From NCBI GenBank assembly GCA_963792585.1, contig CAWBWI010000006.1:928001-992000 (forward strand): 64,000 nucleotides of DNA, in the 5' to 3' direction. The DNA is from Candidatus Eiseniibacteriota bacterium (GTDB lineage Bacteria; Eisenbacteria; RBG-16-71-46; CAIMUX01; VGJL01). The notes below the pieces were generated by a model. The model did not search any database. It was not told the DNA's origin and saw only the letters and a program-made list of their open reading frames with translations. Shown piece by piece: positions 40,530 to 50,221 of the stretch (position 1 is the stretch's first letter; every line of letters starts with the position of its first letter). The position numbers were made by a program, and so were the translations under genes.

Positions 40530-42564
40530 TTACTTCAGTAGAACCATCTTCTCCGTGCGGACGCCGTCGGCCGTCGTCAGCCGTGCGAAGTAGACGCCGC
40601 TCTCAACCGGCTTGCCGCCGTCCGAGATGCCGTTCCAGGTCTGGACGTGCACGCCCGGGGTCATCCGGCCGCTCACGAGTTGCGTGACCTTGCGTCCGCC
40701 CAGGTCGAAGACCTCCAGGCTGACCGGACCGTTCGCGCCGACCGGCGACAGCGTGAAGCTGATCTCCGTCTTCGGGTTGAACGGGTTCGGACGCACCGCG
40801 TCGATCCGGGTGGTGAACAAGACGTTCCCGTCGGGCGCATCGGCCGGAGGCGCCGGATGCAGCCAGTTCAGGATGCGGCCGAGCAAGAACTTCTGGTTGT
40901 TCGGATCCGCGTCGGTCGCGCTGACCGCATGGAAGCAGGCCGGCATGAAGACGACCTTCGCGTCGTTGTTCACGTTGTGGATCAGAGCGTTCGAATTCTC
41001 GTTGCCGAGCAGACCCGTCACCGCCGTGTTCGGAACCGCGTTGTCCCCCTTGTTGAACGAGGGGAACTGGAAGGACAACGGCAGGTTGAACCCGTCGCCG
41101 ATCGGATCGCCGCACGACTCCGAGGAGGCTCGTGTAGCCCGTGTCGAGCGTCCACGATGCGATCCCGAGGTAGTTCTGCGTGAAGTTGTTCGGGACGTTG
41201 TTCAGGGAGTTCAGGAACAGCTGGCTCGTGAAGTAGAGGCTTCCCCCCGCGTCCACGAACTGCATCATCAACGCCTGCTCGCTCGCGTCCGGGGGGCTGG
41301 AGGTCCGGTACCCGGTCTCCCAGATCATGATGTCGAAGCCCTGGACGTTCGCGTACGAAGGGGCGGCTCCGCTGTGGACGTTGTTGATGTCCCACTGCTC
41401 GTAGAGGTAGCCGAGCTGGTTCAACGCCGTCGTCCAGATCCCGCTACCTCCACCGGTGGAGCTGCTGTCGTTGATTAGGTAGACAGAGTAGCTGCCGTTG
41501 AACACCCGCATCGACTTCGTCTGGACCCTACCCGAGGTGTTCGATGTCACGTTGAAGCCACCCGTCCGGACCGCGACCGTCCCGTTCGTGTGAACGCGAA
41601 CGGTGAAATCACAGGTCCCGTTCGGGGGAAGGGTCACCTGGGTGGGCGCCGTGTGCGGATTCGGGTCGCCGCAGACCAGGAAGTCCGTCGTCCAGTCCCC
41701 GAACGCCGCGCCCGGCTCGAGGGTAAAGATCTGGTTCGAGGCCGTCAGGTTCCAGAGCTGCCCGGTGAAGGTGGCTGTGCCGTTCCCCTCCGGGACCGAC
41801 CTGACCTTCAGCGGATAGTAGAGCGAGAAGTCGAGGGCCGGAGCCGAGCCAATCCTCTGCGCCTGGATGATCTCCTTGGAGACGGTTGACTGCAGGTAGA
41901 CGACCCCAACCAGGTTAGCCGGGGACCAAGAACCAATCGGCACGTTTGCAGCGATGGTTGCTTGATCACCCACGTTCGTCAGCGTGATGTTCTGATCATA
42001 GATCTTGCGCGTCACACCGTCCCAGTACTCGCCACCGTTGAGGACGTTGTCCTCGTAGAGCAGCAGCGTTCCGCGAAGGTTGGACACGGAAACAGGGTCG
42101 ACGAGGGTGAAGGTCCCCGACATCGACGCCGTGCCTCCTGCTATGGACATCGACGCATTGCTGATGAGTACAGGGCTCACCCCGTCGATGGCGGCCAGTC
42201 GGCCGTTGATGTCCGTTCTATAGATGCTGGCCATTGCCGAGCATGTGCTCCCGCCAACCTCCTGGATGATTCCGTCGATCCGAACATCCGGAACACCACT
42301 GACGCCATACCAGTTGGTCCTGGCGATCGTCTCCGAGGTGGAAAGCGTTCCCGACGTGTGGAGCTCCCAATGCGCCATTCGCGTGGGACCCATTTCATCT
42401 TGCACCGTCTGCAGCCCGCACCGGGCCGCTGGGCAATAGGGTCAGGTCGTGTACCCAAACTCCTCAGCCATGATGACCCTGGGCACGCTCGCCAGAGCGG
42501 CGGGCACGACCAGCGCCCCAAGCATCAGGAGGATCCCGATGAAAGCAGCAAACTTCCGTTGCAT
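40530..42564 (-). CDS. Putative secreted selenoprotein paralog 2 (Sec41 = TGA at 42442-42444; 1-nt frameshift near 41113)
   Basis: MQRKFAAFIG...EEFGYTT-U-PYCPAARC...GVPDVRIDG in frame with ORF 40603..42405; one extra base versus paralog 1 (GTGCGGCGAT vs GTGGGCGAT) shifts the C-terminus into ORF 40530..41078. Confidence 0.8.
42411..42429 (-). promoter_or_regulatory. Putative bacterial SECIS (paralog 2)
   Basis: GCGGCCC-GGUGC-GGGCUGC, 7-bp stem with the same loop and spacing as paralogs 1 and 3. Confidence 0.72.
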
Positions 42565-42654
42565 AGCACCTCCCCTATAACGATCTGACCACCAAGAAGA
42601 TAGAGCCGGTTCCGTCGAGCCGGCCTGGAGACATCACGTACCAATTATAAGGGA

Positions 42655-42670
42655 TATGAAACGTTTCACA
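42655..42670. promoter_or_regulatory. CRP-like box upstream of paralog 2
   Basis: TATGA-AACGTT-TCACA, one mismatch to TGTGA-N6-TCACA, in an AT-rich intergenic region. Confidence 0.5.
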
Positions 42671-42699
42671 AACTCGGGATAACCAAATCGAAAAAATGA

Positions 42700-42736
42700 C
42701 CCGGGGGCCTCGTCCTCTGGGACGCAGACCCCCGGG
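42700..42736 (-). terminator. Conserved GC hairpin downstream of paralog 3
   Basis: CCCGGGGG...GTCC-tctg-GGAC...CCCCCGGG followed by a T6 tract on the minus strand. Confidence 0.65.
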
Positions 42737-42785
42737 CTGAACCGACCCCGGCCTTATTGGGCGCAGGATCAGCAAATGCCTCCGA

Positions 42786-44839
42786 TTACTTCAGCAGGAC
42801 GAGCTTGGTCCCCTGCTTCCCCTCGACCGTCGTCAGGCGGGCGAAGTAGACACCGCTCTCGACCGGCTTGCCGGCATCGGAGAGTCCGGCCCAGGCGACC
42901 GTATGGTCCCCCGGGGTCGTCCTTCCCTCGTACACACCGGCCACCCGGCGACCGGCCATGTCGTAGATCTCGAGGCGGACCGGTCCATCCGCTCCGCGGG
43001 GAGAGACCTGGTAGAAGATCTCGGTGCGCGGGTTGAACGGATTCGGTCGGACCGACGAGATCCTCGAGGCGAGGATCGAACCCGGGAGGTCATCGACGTC
43101 CGCGGGAGGCGCCGGCTGCAACCAGGTCAGGATCCGTCCGAGGACGGTCTTCTGGTTGTTCGGATCCGGGTCGGTCGGGCTGATCGCATTGAAGACCGCA
43201 GGCATGAAGACTGCCTTGGATCCCCGCCCAACCACGTTGTGAAGAACCGCGTTGGATCCCTCGTCCCCGAGCAGCGAGGTGACCGCCGTCGCCGGATTCG
43301 CGTTGTCCCCCTTGTTGAACGAAGGGAACTGGAACGAGAGCGGCAAGGTGAGGCCGTCGCCGATCGGGTCCCCCGCGACGCCGTTGAGGGTCGTGTACCC
43401 CGTGTCGAGCGTCCAGGTGCCGATTCCGAGGTAGTTCTGGGTGAACGCGTTTGGCGTCCCGACGGAGTTCAGGAAGTACTGGCTGGTGAGGAACAGGCTC
43501 CCGCCGGCATCCATGAACTGCATCATCAACGCCTGCTCGGGGTCTCCCGGCAGAGCGTTCGACCGGTAGGCCGTCTCCCAGATCATGATGTCGAAGCCCG
43601 AGACATCGAGCCAGCCCGGCGGGGTGCCGCTGTGCTGGTAGGCGATATCCCAGCGGTCGTACAGGTAACCGAGCTGATCGAGCGCGGTCGTCCAGATCGC
43701 GGAGTGCTCGGTGTTCTGGTTGTTGTTCACGAGGAAGACCGCGTAGCTGCCGTTGAACACACGCAGGTTGGACGTCTTCACGTCTCCCGAGTTGCTCGAT
43801 GACGCTTCGAACGCTCCCGTCCGGATCTGCTTGGTCCCATCCGTGTGGACGCGGACCGTGAAGTCGCAGGACTCGCCGGCGGGGACGCTGATCTCAACCG
43901 GCGCGGTGTGCGGGTTCGGATCGCCGCAGACGAGAATCTCGCTCGTCCAGGTCCCGAGACCCGTGGGCGGCGTGAGCGTGAGCACGTCGGCGTTGAGGCC
44001 GGTGTTCGTGATCTGTCCCGTGAAGACCGCCGTTCCATTGCCGGCCGGGACGGAGTCCACGAAGTTGGCGAAGGTCATGCGGAAGTCGTAGGGACGGGGC
44101 ATCCGGTAGCCCTGGATGATCGGGGTGGTCCCGGTCGTCTGCTGGAGGTAGGCGATCCCCGTCAGATTGTCCACGTTCCAGTTCGGGTTCCGCGGGACCG
44201 TGGTGGACACCGTGACCTGGTCACCGACGTTGGTCAGCGTGATGTTCTGGTCGTACATGTCGCGGGTCACGCGATCCCAGTGGCTCACGTTCCCGTATCC
44301 GCAGCACCAGGTGATGTCGTCCTCGTAGAAGAGAAGCGTCGCGCGGAGGTTGGTCAGGGTGACCGGGTCGACCTTGCGGAAAGTCGCAGAGTAGATGATG
44401 TCGGTCGCCGTGGTCTGGAAGCTTCCCGTGATCTCCACAGGACTTACGTTGTTCGTCTCGTTGAATCGCGCGTTCAGCGCGTTGCGGTACAAGACCGTCG
44501 TCGTGGGGCAAACATCCGCGCCGATGAACTCGCGGCTGCCGTCGATCTCGATCGTGGGGTAACCGGACGTACGCCGTACCAGTTCGCACGAGCCGTCGTC
44601 TCGGTCGTGGTGAAGGGATCGTTGCTGGAGACATGATGGCTCTCCCAGTGAATGACCCGATCACCGAACTCGATTTCCATTGCTTCGGACGCGCACCGCG
44701 CCCGAGGGCAGTACGTTCACCACGTCGCCCCGAATTCTTCGATGATTGCGACCTTCGGCACGCTCGCCATGACTGCGGGCGCGAACACCGCCCCGAGCAG
44801 GAGCAAGATCCCCCCGAGGGCTGCGAACTTTCTGAGCAT
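42786..44839 (-). CDS. Putative secreted selenoprotein paralog 3 (Sec41 = TGA at 44717-44719; frameshift near 44570)
   Basis: MLRKFAALGG...EEFGATW-U-TYCPRARCASEAMEIE in frame with ORF 44474..44680; after YGV the homologous GYPTIEIDG...YRNALN continues in the frame of ORF 42786..44492; GGAGGT RBS; FlgD-like tail. Confidence 0.8.
44685..44705 (-). promoter_or_regulatory. Putative bacterial SECIS (paralog 3)
   Basis: UCGGGCGC-GGUGC-GCGUCCGA, 8-bp stem with a compensatory C-G to G-C swap versus paralog 1. Confidence 0.75.
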
Positions 44840-44988
44840 GACACCTCCCCAAGCTGCATCCGACTGTGGTCACACATACGCGGAAGCCGATCCAGAGGAC
44901 CCGATCCAGAGGATCCGCTCCAGATGACGCCCTTGAATTCTACCATATCGAATGCCTGGAATTGAAGGATGTAGAAGCACTTATATCG

Positions 44989-45004
44989 TGTGAAACTCAT
45001 CACA
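44989..45004. promoter_or_regulatory. Consensus CRP-type box upstream of paralog 3
   Basis: TGTGA-AACTCA-TCACA, exact TGTGA-N6-TCACA, 150 bp upstream of the start. Confidence 0.6.
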
Positions 45005-45190
45005 TATGTGGTTTTCGCTCATCCTCCGTCCGCTGAATGTCCCGGGGTCGCAGTCCTCGGACGGCACGTCGCGACCGGGACTCTGCGTCGCGGTCCATCC
45101 CGCAGTGCGCCGCCGGCTCCACAATCCATAGGGTGCTGCCCGGGACCTTGGCTAACCACTTGAAATCGCGCGGGATCGAGGGCCCCCTTC

Positions 45191-47257
45191 TTGAGGACGG
45201 CCGAAGGCCCTGCTAGTCTGGGCGCCTGGACGAAGGAGCACGATGAACTCGCCGATGATCTCGGATTCCGCGCCGCCCGCAAACCGGCCCTCCGGTTGGC
45301 CATCGCCATCCTGGTTCTCTCCTCGGTGCTGCCCTATCTGAATGCTCTCCGTTGCGGCTTCGCATTCGACGACCAGCTCCTCGTGGCGCGCCACAAGGTC
45401 GTGACCGGTGCTTTCGCGCCCCTTTCCATTCTGGCGGCTCCATACTGGGAGGCGATCCGAGAAGCGCTCTTGTGGCGGCCGGTGACCACCTTCTCCTTCG
45501 CGATCGATTGGCATCTCGGAGGAGGAGGCGCCGCATGGTTCCACGCGGTCAATATTGGATTGCACGCGATCGTGACGCTGCTGTGGGCCTGGCTCGTATT
45601 GCGGATCACGAGTCGTCGCGCTCTGGCGCTGGTCGCAGGAGCGCTCTTCGCGGTCCACCCGATCCACACCGAAGCGGTGACCTGGATTTCGGGGCGGGCG
45701 GAGCTGCTCGCTGCGGCGTTCGGACTCGCGGCCGTGCACCTCGCCTGGTCGCGTTGGCGATGGCTCACCCTGCCGGCCGTGCTGCTCGCCGTTGGATCGA
45801 AGGAGAGCGCGGCGGCCTTGCCGTTGATCCTGCTCTATCTGAGTTGGGCCTTGCGCGGGAGGCGCGCCGATGCCCCGTCATGGCGCCTCGGCGTTGCCGC
45901 GTTCGCGCCGGTCGTGCTGTTCGTCGTCCTGCGTCGCGTCGTGCTCGGGACATGGGGCGGCCCGAGCCCCGATCCGATGGACAATCCGATGAGCGGGCTC
46001 GGACTCCTCGCGCGGTTGCCGACCGTCCTGGATGCGGCGGGGCGTTATCTGGTTCTGCTCATCTGGCCCGCGCGGCTGTCGATCGACTACTCCGCGCCGG
46101 TTCTGGGGGTCGTGCGCGGCCTGACGCCGCTCCTTCTCATGGGGCTCGTCGCGTCGGTCGGTCTCGTCTTGCTGGCCATCCGGCGTCGCCGCGAGCCGGA
46201 AGGGTGGGGCGCCGGGTTCGCGCTCCTGAGTTTCGCGCTCGCGTCCAACCTGCCGGTGGTGATCGGCACCATCTTCGCCGAGCGCCTCCTCTACCTTCCC
46301 TCGGCGGGGTTGCTCCTCATCGCCGTGTGTGGAGGTTTCGCCCTCACCCGTCAGCGGGTGCCCGCGCGGGCGCTCCAGGCGATCCTCGCAATCCTCATCC
46401 TTGCCGGCGTCGCCCGTACATGGACCCGTAACCGCGATTATCTCGACGAGGCGACGATGTATGCGGCCGGAGTGCGTGTCACCCCGAATAGCCCCAAGAT
46501 GCGCTTCAACCATGCGCTCGCGCTCAACCGCCAGGGCCGGCATGAGGATGCCGTCCGCGAGGGAATCGAGGCCATCCGCCTGAACCCATCGAGCCGCGAA
46601 GCACGTGATGTCATCGCCTGCTCGCTCGATTCGCTCGGCAGAGGAGAGGAGGCGATCCGCTTCCTCCGTCGCGTTCTGATCGAAGATCCGGGAGACCGCG
46701 TTTCGCGAAGGAAGCTGATCACCCTGCTCGAGAAGCGCGGCCTGCTCGACGCGGTCGATTCCATCGCCACCGCGGGGGTGCGAGGCGATCCGGACGAGCC
46801 CGAATGGGTGGGGCGGGCCGCGAAGGCCGCGCAGGATCGGAGGGACTACGCGCGCGCGGCCGAACTCTGGCGCGAGGCCTTGCGCCGCTCGCCGGACACG
46901 GTCGACGTTCCGCTCTACCTCGCATTCTGCCTCTACAAGCTCGGGGACATCATCGGCGCACGGGACGCATACCGCGAGGCGTTGCGTCGCTCCCCCGAAT
47001 CGGCGGACGCCGCGAACGGGCTCGCCTGGGCCCTGCTCGAAACCGGCGGCCCGGTGGACGAGGCAATCCGCCTCGGGGAACTGGCGACCGCGAAAGCGCC
47101 GCAGGGCGCGAACGGATTCGACACTCTGGCCCGCGCCTACGAAGCGGCGAGACGATGCGCCGACGCGATCCGCGCCCAGGAGCGGGCGATCGAACTCGAT
47201 CCGGCCAATGCGTCGTACCGTCAGAGACTCGCCGCGATCCGGCAACGCTGCCGGTAG
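45191..47257 (+). CDS. TMTC/DUF1736-like GT-C membrane protein with C-terminal TPR repeats (start uncertain)
   Basis: FAFDD, WRPVTT, FHAVNIGLH, HPIHTEAVTWISGRAELL, SKE, AERLLYLPS, then TPRs. Confidence 0.85.
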   Translation: MRTAEGPASLGAWTKEHDELADDLGFRAARKPALRLAIAILVLSSVLPYLNALRCGFAFDDQLLVARHKVVTGAFAPLSILAAPYWEAIREALLWRPVTTFSFAIDWHLGGGGAAWFHAVNIGLHAIVTLLWAWLVLRITSRRALALVAGALFAVHPIHTEAVTWISGRAELLAAAFGLAAVHLAWSRWRWLTLPAVLLAVGSKESAAALPLILLYLSWALRGRRADAPSWRLGVAAFAPVVLFVVLRRVVLGTWGGPSPDPMDNPMSGLGLLARLPTVLDAAGRYLVLLIWPARLSIDYSAPVLGVVRGLTPLLLMGLVASVGLVLLAIRRRREPEGWGAGFALLSFALASNLPVVIGTIFAERLLYLPSAGLLLIAVCGGFALTRQRVPARALQAILAILILAGVARTWTRNRDYLDEATMYAAGVRVTPNSPKMRFNHALALNRQGRHEDAVREGIEAIRLNPSSREARDVIACSLDSLGRGEEAIRFLRRVLIEDPGDRVSRRKLITLLEKRGLLDAVDSIATAGVRGDPDEPEWVGRAAKAAQDRRDYARAAELWREALRRSPDTVDVPLYLAFCLYKLGDIIGARDAYREALRRSPESADAANGLAWALLETGGPVDEAIRLGELATAKAPQGANGFDTLARAYEAARRCADAIRAQERAIELDPANASYRQRLAAIRQRCR

Positions 47258-47314
47258 GGGAGCCGCACGATAGGGGCCGCAGTAGCGTCGAGAGACGGGC
47301 GCTATATGGGTTCC

Positions 47315-47824
47315 CTAGAGAACGCTCTCGTTCACCTGACCGAAGGACTTCATCTCCCCCTCGGTATCGAGAACCATCCGCGCGATCAGATCGCCGACCA
47401 GGAACTCGCTGATCGAGTCCTCTCCGGTCGACTTCATCTTGATCAGGACGGGGATCCCGTCCGCCTTGAAGCGGATCCAGGCGGTGCCGGCTTCGGTCGG
47501 AGGGATGAACGCGCAGTCGAAGGTCAGCGGAGGCAGTCCGTCGACGATCTGCTTCAGGAACTCCGCCGCGTCAATGTCCTTCTGAAGCGGGCGGGTGTAG
47601 TAGATCCCGATCTCGGTCGCCCGATCCGCGGTCTCCCAATCGGGGCCGAGGCGGAAGAGGATGGCCATGTCCATGCCGTCGACGTCATGGATTTCGTACC
47701 AGCCCCGACTTCCCCGGTAGACGATCGCTTCCTGCCCCTCTTCGCGGGGTTCGAGTCTCGTCACGCCGATCATGGGGTCCCCGGTGATCTCCTGAGCGCG
47801 CGCGACGACCGCGATCGTGTCCAT
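47315..47824 (-). CDS. Hypothetical protein
   Basis: Protein-like composition; GAGGGGG RBS before MDTIAV; no recognisable motif. Confidence 0.6.
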   Translation of the reverse strand: MDTIAVVARAQEITGDPMIGVTRLEPREEGQEAIVYRGSRGWYEIHDVDGMDMAILFRLGPDWETADRATEIGIYYTRPLQKDIDAAEFLKQIVDGLPPLTFDCAFIPPTEAGTAWIRFKADGIPVLIKMKSTGEDSISEFLVGDLIARMVLDTEGEMKSFGQVNESVL

Positions 47825-47993
47825 CGTTCCCCCCTCGCAACGGGATCCCAAGAACCGCGAGATTTCATGCTAGTCAGGGCCGGGCCCGTCCGCAATGACC
47901 CCTTGGCAATCCCCCCCCGCCACGTCCTACAATCCTCTTGGAATCGCCTGCCGGGGACCGGGCGACCCCCGTCGCTTCGCGGGGAGGATGGTC

Positions 47994-50031
47994 ATGATCC
48001 GACTTGCGCGCCTGGCTACCCTCGTCGCGGCTGTGGGAGGGCTCCTCCTTCCTGCCGCCGGCCGAGCGGCAGGACCCGAATCCGCGACTGACGGTCCTCC
48101 TACCTGGACCTCCGGCCCGACCTCCAGGTCCGACTGGAACTGGGAGCGGATGCGATCGACCCTCACCTTCCGCCTGCCGCCCGACTACGCATCGATGCCG
48201 AAGTTCGACCCCTCCACAGGAATGAAAGAGATGCTCCCCGCGCGCTGGGACTGGCGCGAGCACGACGGCGTGACCCCGGTCAAGGACCAGGGCAGTTGCG
48301 GAAGCTGCTGGGCATTCGCGTCCGTAGGGGCGCTGGAAGCCGCCGCTCGCCTGACCGACAAGGTCGTCTACGACGTGAGCGAGCAGCAGGTGATGGCCTG
48401 CAACTCGTTCGGGCAGGGCTGCGGCGGCGGGTGGTTCGACGCTCCCTATGAGGTCTTCTCGGCATACGGCGCGGTCCCCGAAGAGTGCATGCCCTATCAG
48501 GCGACCGACGGAATCCCCTGCATCCAGGAGACCTATCCCCCCTCGATCGTGGCGACCGACTTCCTCCTCTTCGAGGAGAGCGTCGAATCGATCAAGGCGG
48601 CCGTCTACACCTACGGCCCGATCGCATGCGCCATGTACGTCTTCGACGAGTTCACGAGGTACACGGGCGGCTGCTACTCGCGCGGACCCGCAGGGGACGT
48701 CAACCACGCGGTCGTCATCGTCGGCTGGGACGACGGCCTGTGCGGCGGCGCATGGATCGCCAAGAACAGCTGGGGGGAAGGTTGGGGCGATCGGCGGCTT
48801 CTTCACGATCCGGTACGGTAGCGCGGAGATCGGCACCTCGCCCTGCTTCTTCAAGCCCAAGCCGGGTCGCGTGATCTCGATCCGACCCGTGCCGATCGAA
48901 TCGACACTCGACGGGACCCTCCCGTTCGCCGTGCGCGCGAGCATCCATTCCCTCGCAGGCACCGCGATCAATCCAGACTCGGTTTGCCTCAACTACCGCG
49001 TGAACGGAGAAGGATGGCGTTGCACGACGATGGAGCGGGACGACGCGCCGGGCCTCTGGGTCGGCACGATCCCGCCGCAGGAGAAACCGGCCACCGTCGA
49101 ATACTATCTGCGTGCTGATGACGTCGACGATCGGCGGGCGATCGCGCCCGGGAACGCGCCCGACAGCCTCTACGCCTTCGACGTCGCGCGCGAGCTGGAG
49201 TGTTTCGAGGGCGACAACTCCGGATGGACGGTCGGATCACCGGACGATGCCGCCACGTCGGGTCGATGGGAATGGGTCGATCCGGTCGGGACGCAGGCGC
49301 AACCTGCGGCCGACCGCACCCCGCGCGGCAACCGCGCATGGATCACCGGCCAGCACACCCCCGGCCAGGATGTGGGATTCAACGACGTCGACAACGGAAG
49401 GACCACCCTGACCAGTCCTGGATATGACCTGACCGGTTCGCGAACCGCCGTCTTCAAGTACTTCCGCTGGTTCTCGAACGACAAGGGACAGAATCCCGGC
49501 GAGGATCCCTGGATCGTCCAGGCACGAAACGACGGCGGTCCATGGGTCGACATCGAAAACACCGGGGTCTCGAGCGATGCGTGGGTCGAGGTGAAGTACG
49601 ACCTGATGCAGCTCTTCGGCCCGGCGATCGGGCTCGTCCAGGTGCGATTCATCGCCCAGGATCTCGGCTCGCCGTCATGTGTCGAGGCGGCGGTCGACGA
49701 CCTCGCGATCCTCGCAGAGCAACCCGAGGCGAGCGCGACGCGTCAACCCGCCCCCCTGGTGTCGGAGTTGACCGCTGATCCGAATCCCGCCGCCGCGACG
49801 GTCCTCTTGCGCTTTACCCTGCCGCGGGATGAGACGGTGCGCCTCCGGGTGTTCGCGCCGGACGGACGGCTCGTGCGAACGCTGGCCGACGGAACGTACC
49901 GGTCCGGAGCCCACGTCGTCGCGTGGGATGGTCGGGACGGCTTCGGCCGCCGCGCTCCGTCGGGGCCCTACTACTGGTCCCTCGAGGGCGCGGGAACGCG
50001 TCGCACCGGCTCCTTGCGCATCTTGCGGTAG
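47994..50031 (+). CDS. C1A papain-family cysteine peptidase with FlgD-Ig tail (1-nt frameshift near 48792)
   Basis: KDQGSCGSCWAF, NHAVVIVGW, KNSWGEGWG; continues as GGFFTIRYG...PNP...WDG...SGPYYW in ORF 48448..50031. Confidence 0.87.
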
Positions 50032-50074
50032 CGGAACGCCCCCAGCCACCAGAACCAAACGAACGTTCGCTTCC

Positions 50075-50098
50075 GGGGCGCGAGATTCGTCGCGCCCC
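50075..50098 (+). terminator. Hairpin after the C1 peptidase gene
   Basis: GGGGCGCGA-gattcg-TCGCGCCCC; no U tract. Confidence 0.4.
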
Positions 50099-50221
50099 CC
50101 GGACCCGGAGCGCCCCGTGCGGGGTAAACACGATACTTGCCGCGCAGAGTGGCGGTCGCCGGCGCGAAGCGATAGATTCGGGCGTCGCCTCGCGCGCGGC
50201 GCAAGGCCCAGGAGGAACCGC

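Larger units (their letters stand above)
38090..41830. repeat. Near-identical ~1.4-kb direct repeat (38090-39480 and 40430-41830)
   Basis: The 3' two-thirds plus downstream flank of selenoprotein paralogs 1 and 2 match almost base for base. Confidence 0.9.

Noticed and set aside
38090..41830. Diversity-generating retroelement TR/VR pair
   Set aside because: No reverse transcriptase is present, the repeat is ~1.4 kb, and the differences are not visibly adenine-specific.
38188..44839. Genome-wide UGA reassignment (code 4/25) or nonsense pseudogenisation as the cause of the TGAs
   Set aside because: TGA is a normal stop for other genes here (e.g. 7855-7857, 15966-15968, 22393-22395). Three diverged paralogs with TGA at the same CxxC position, each followed by a hairpin, do not fit random nonsense mutation.
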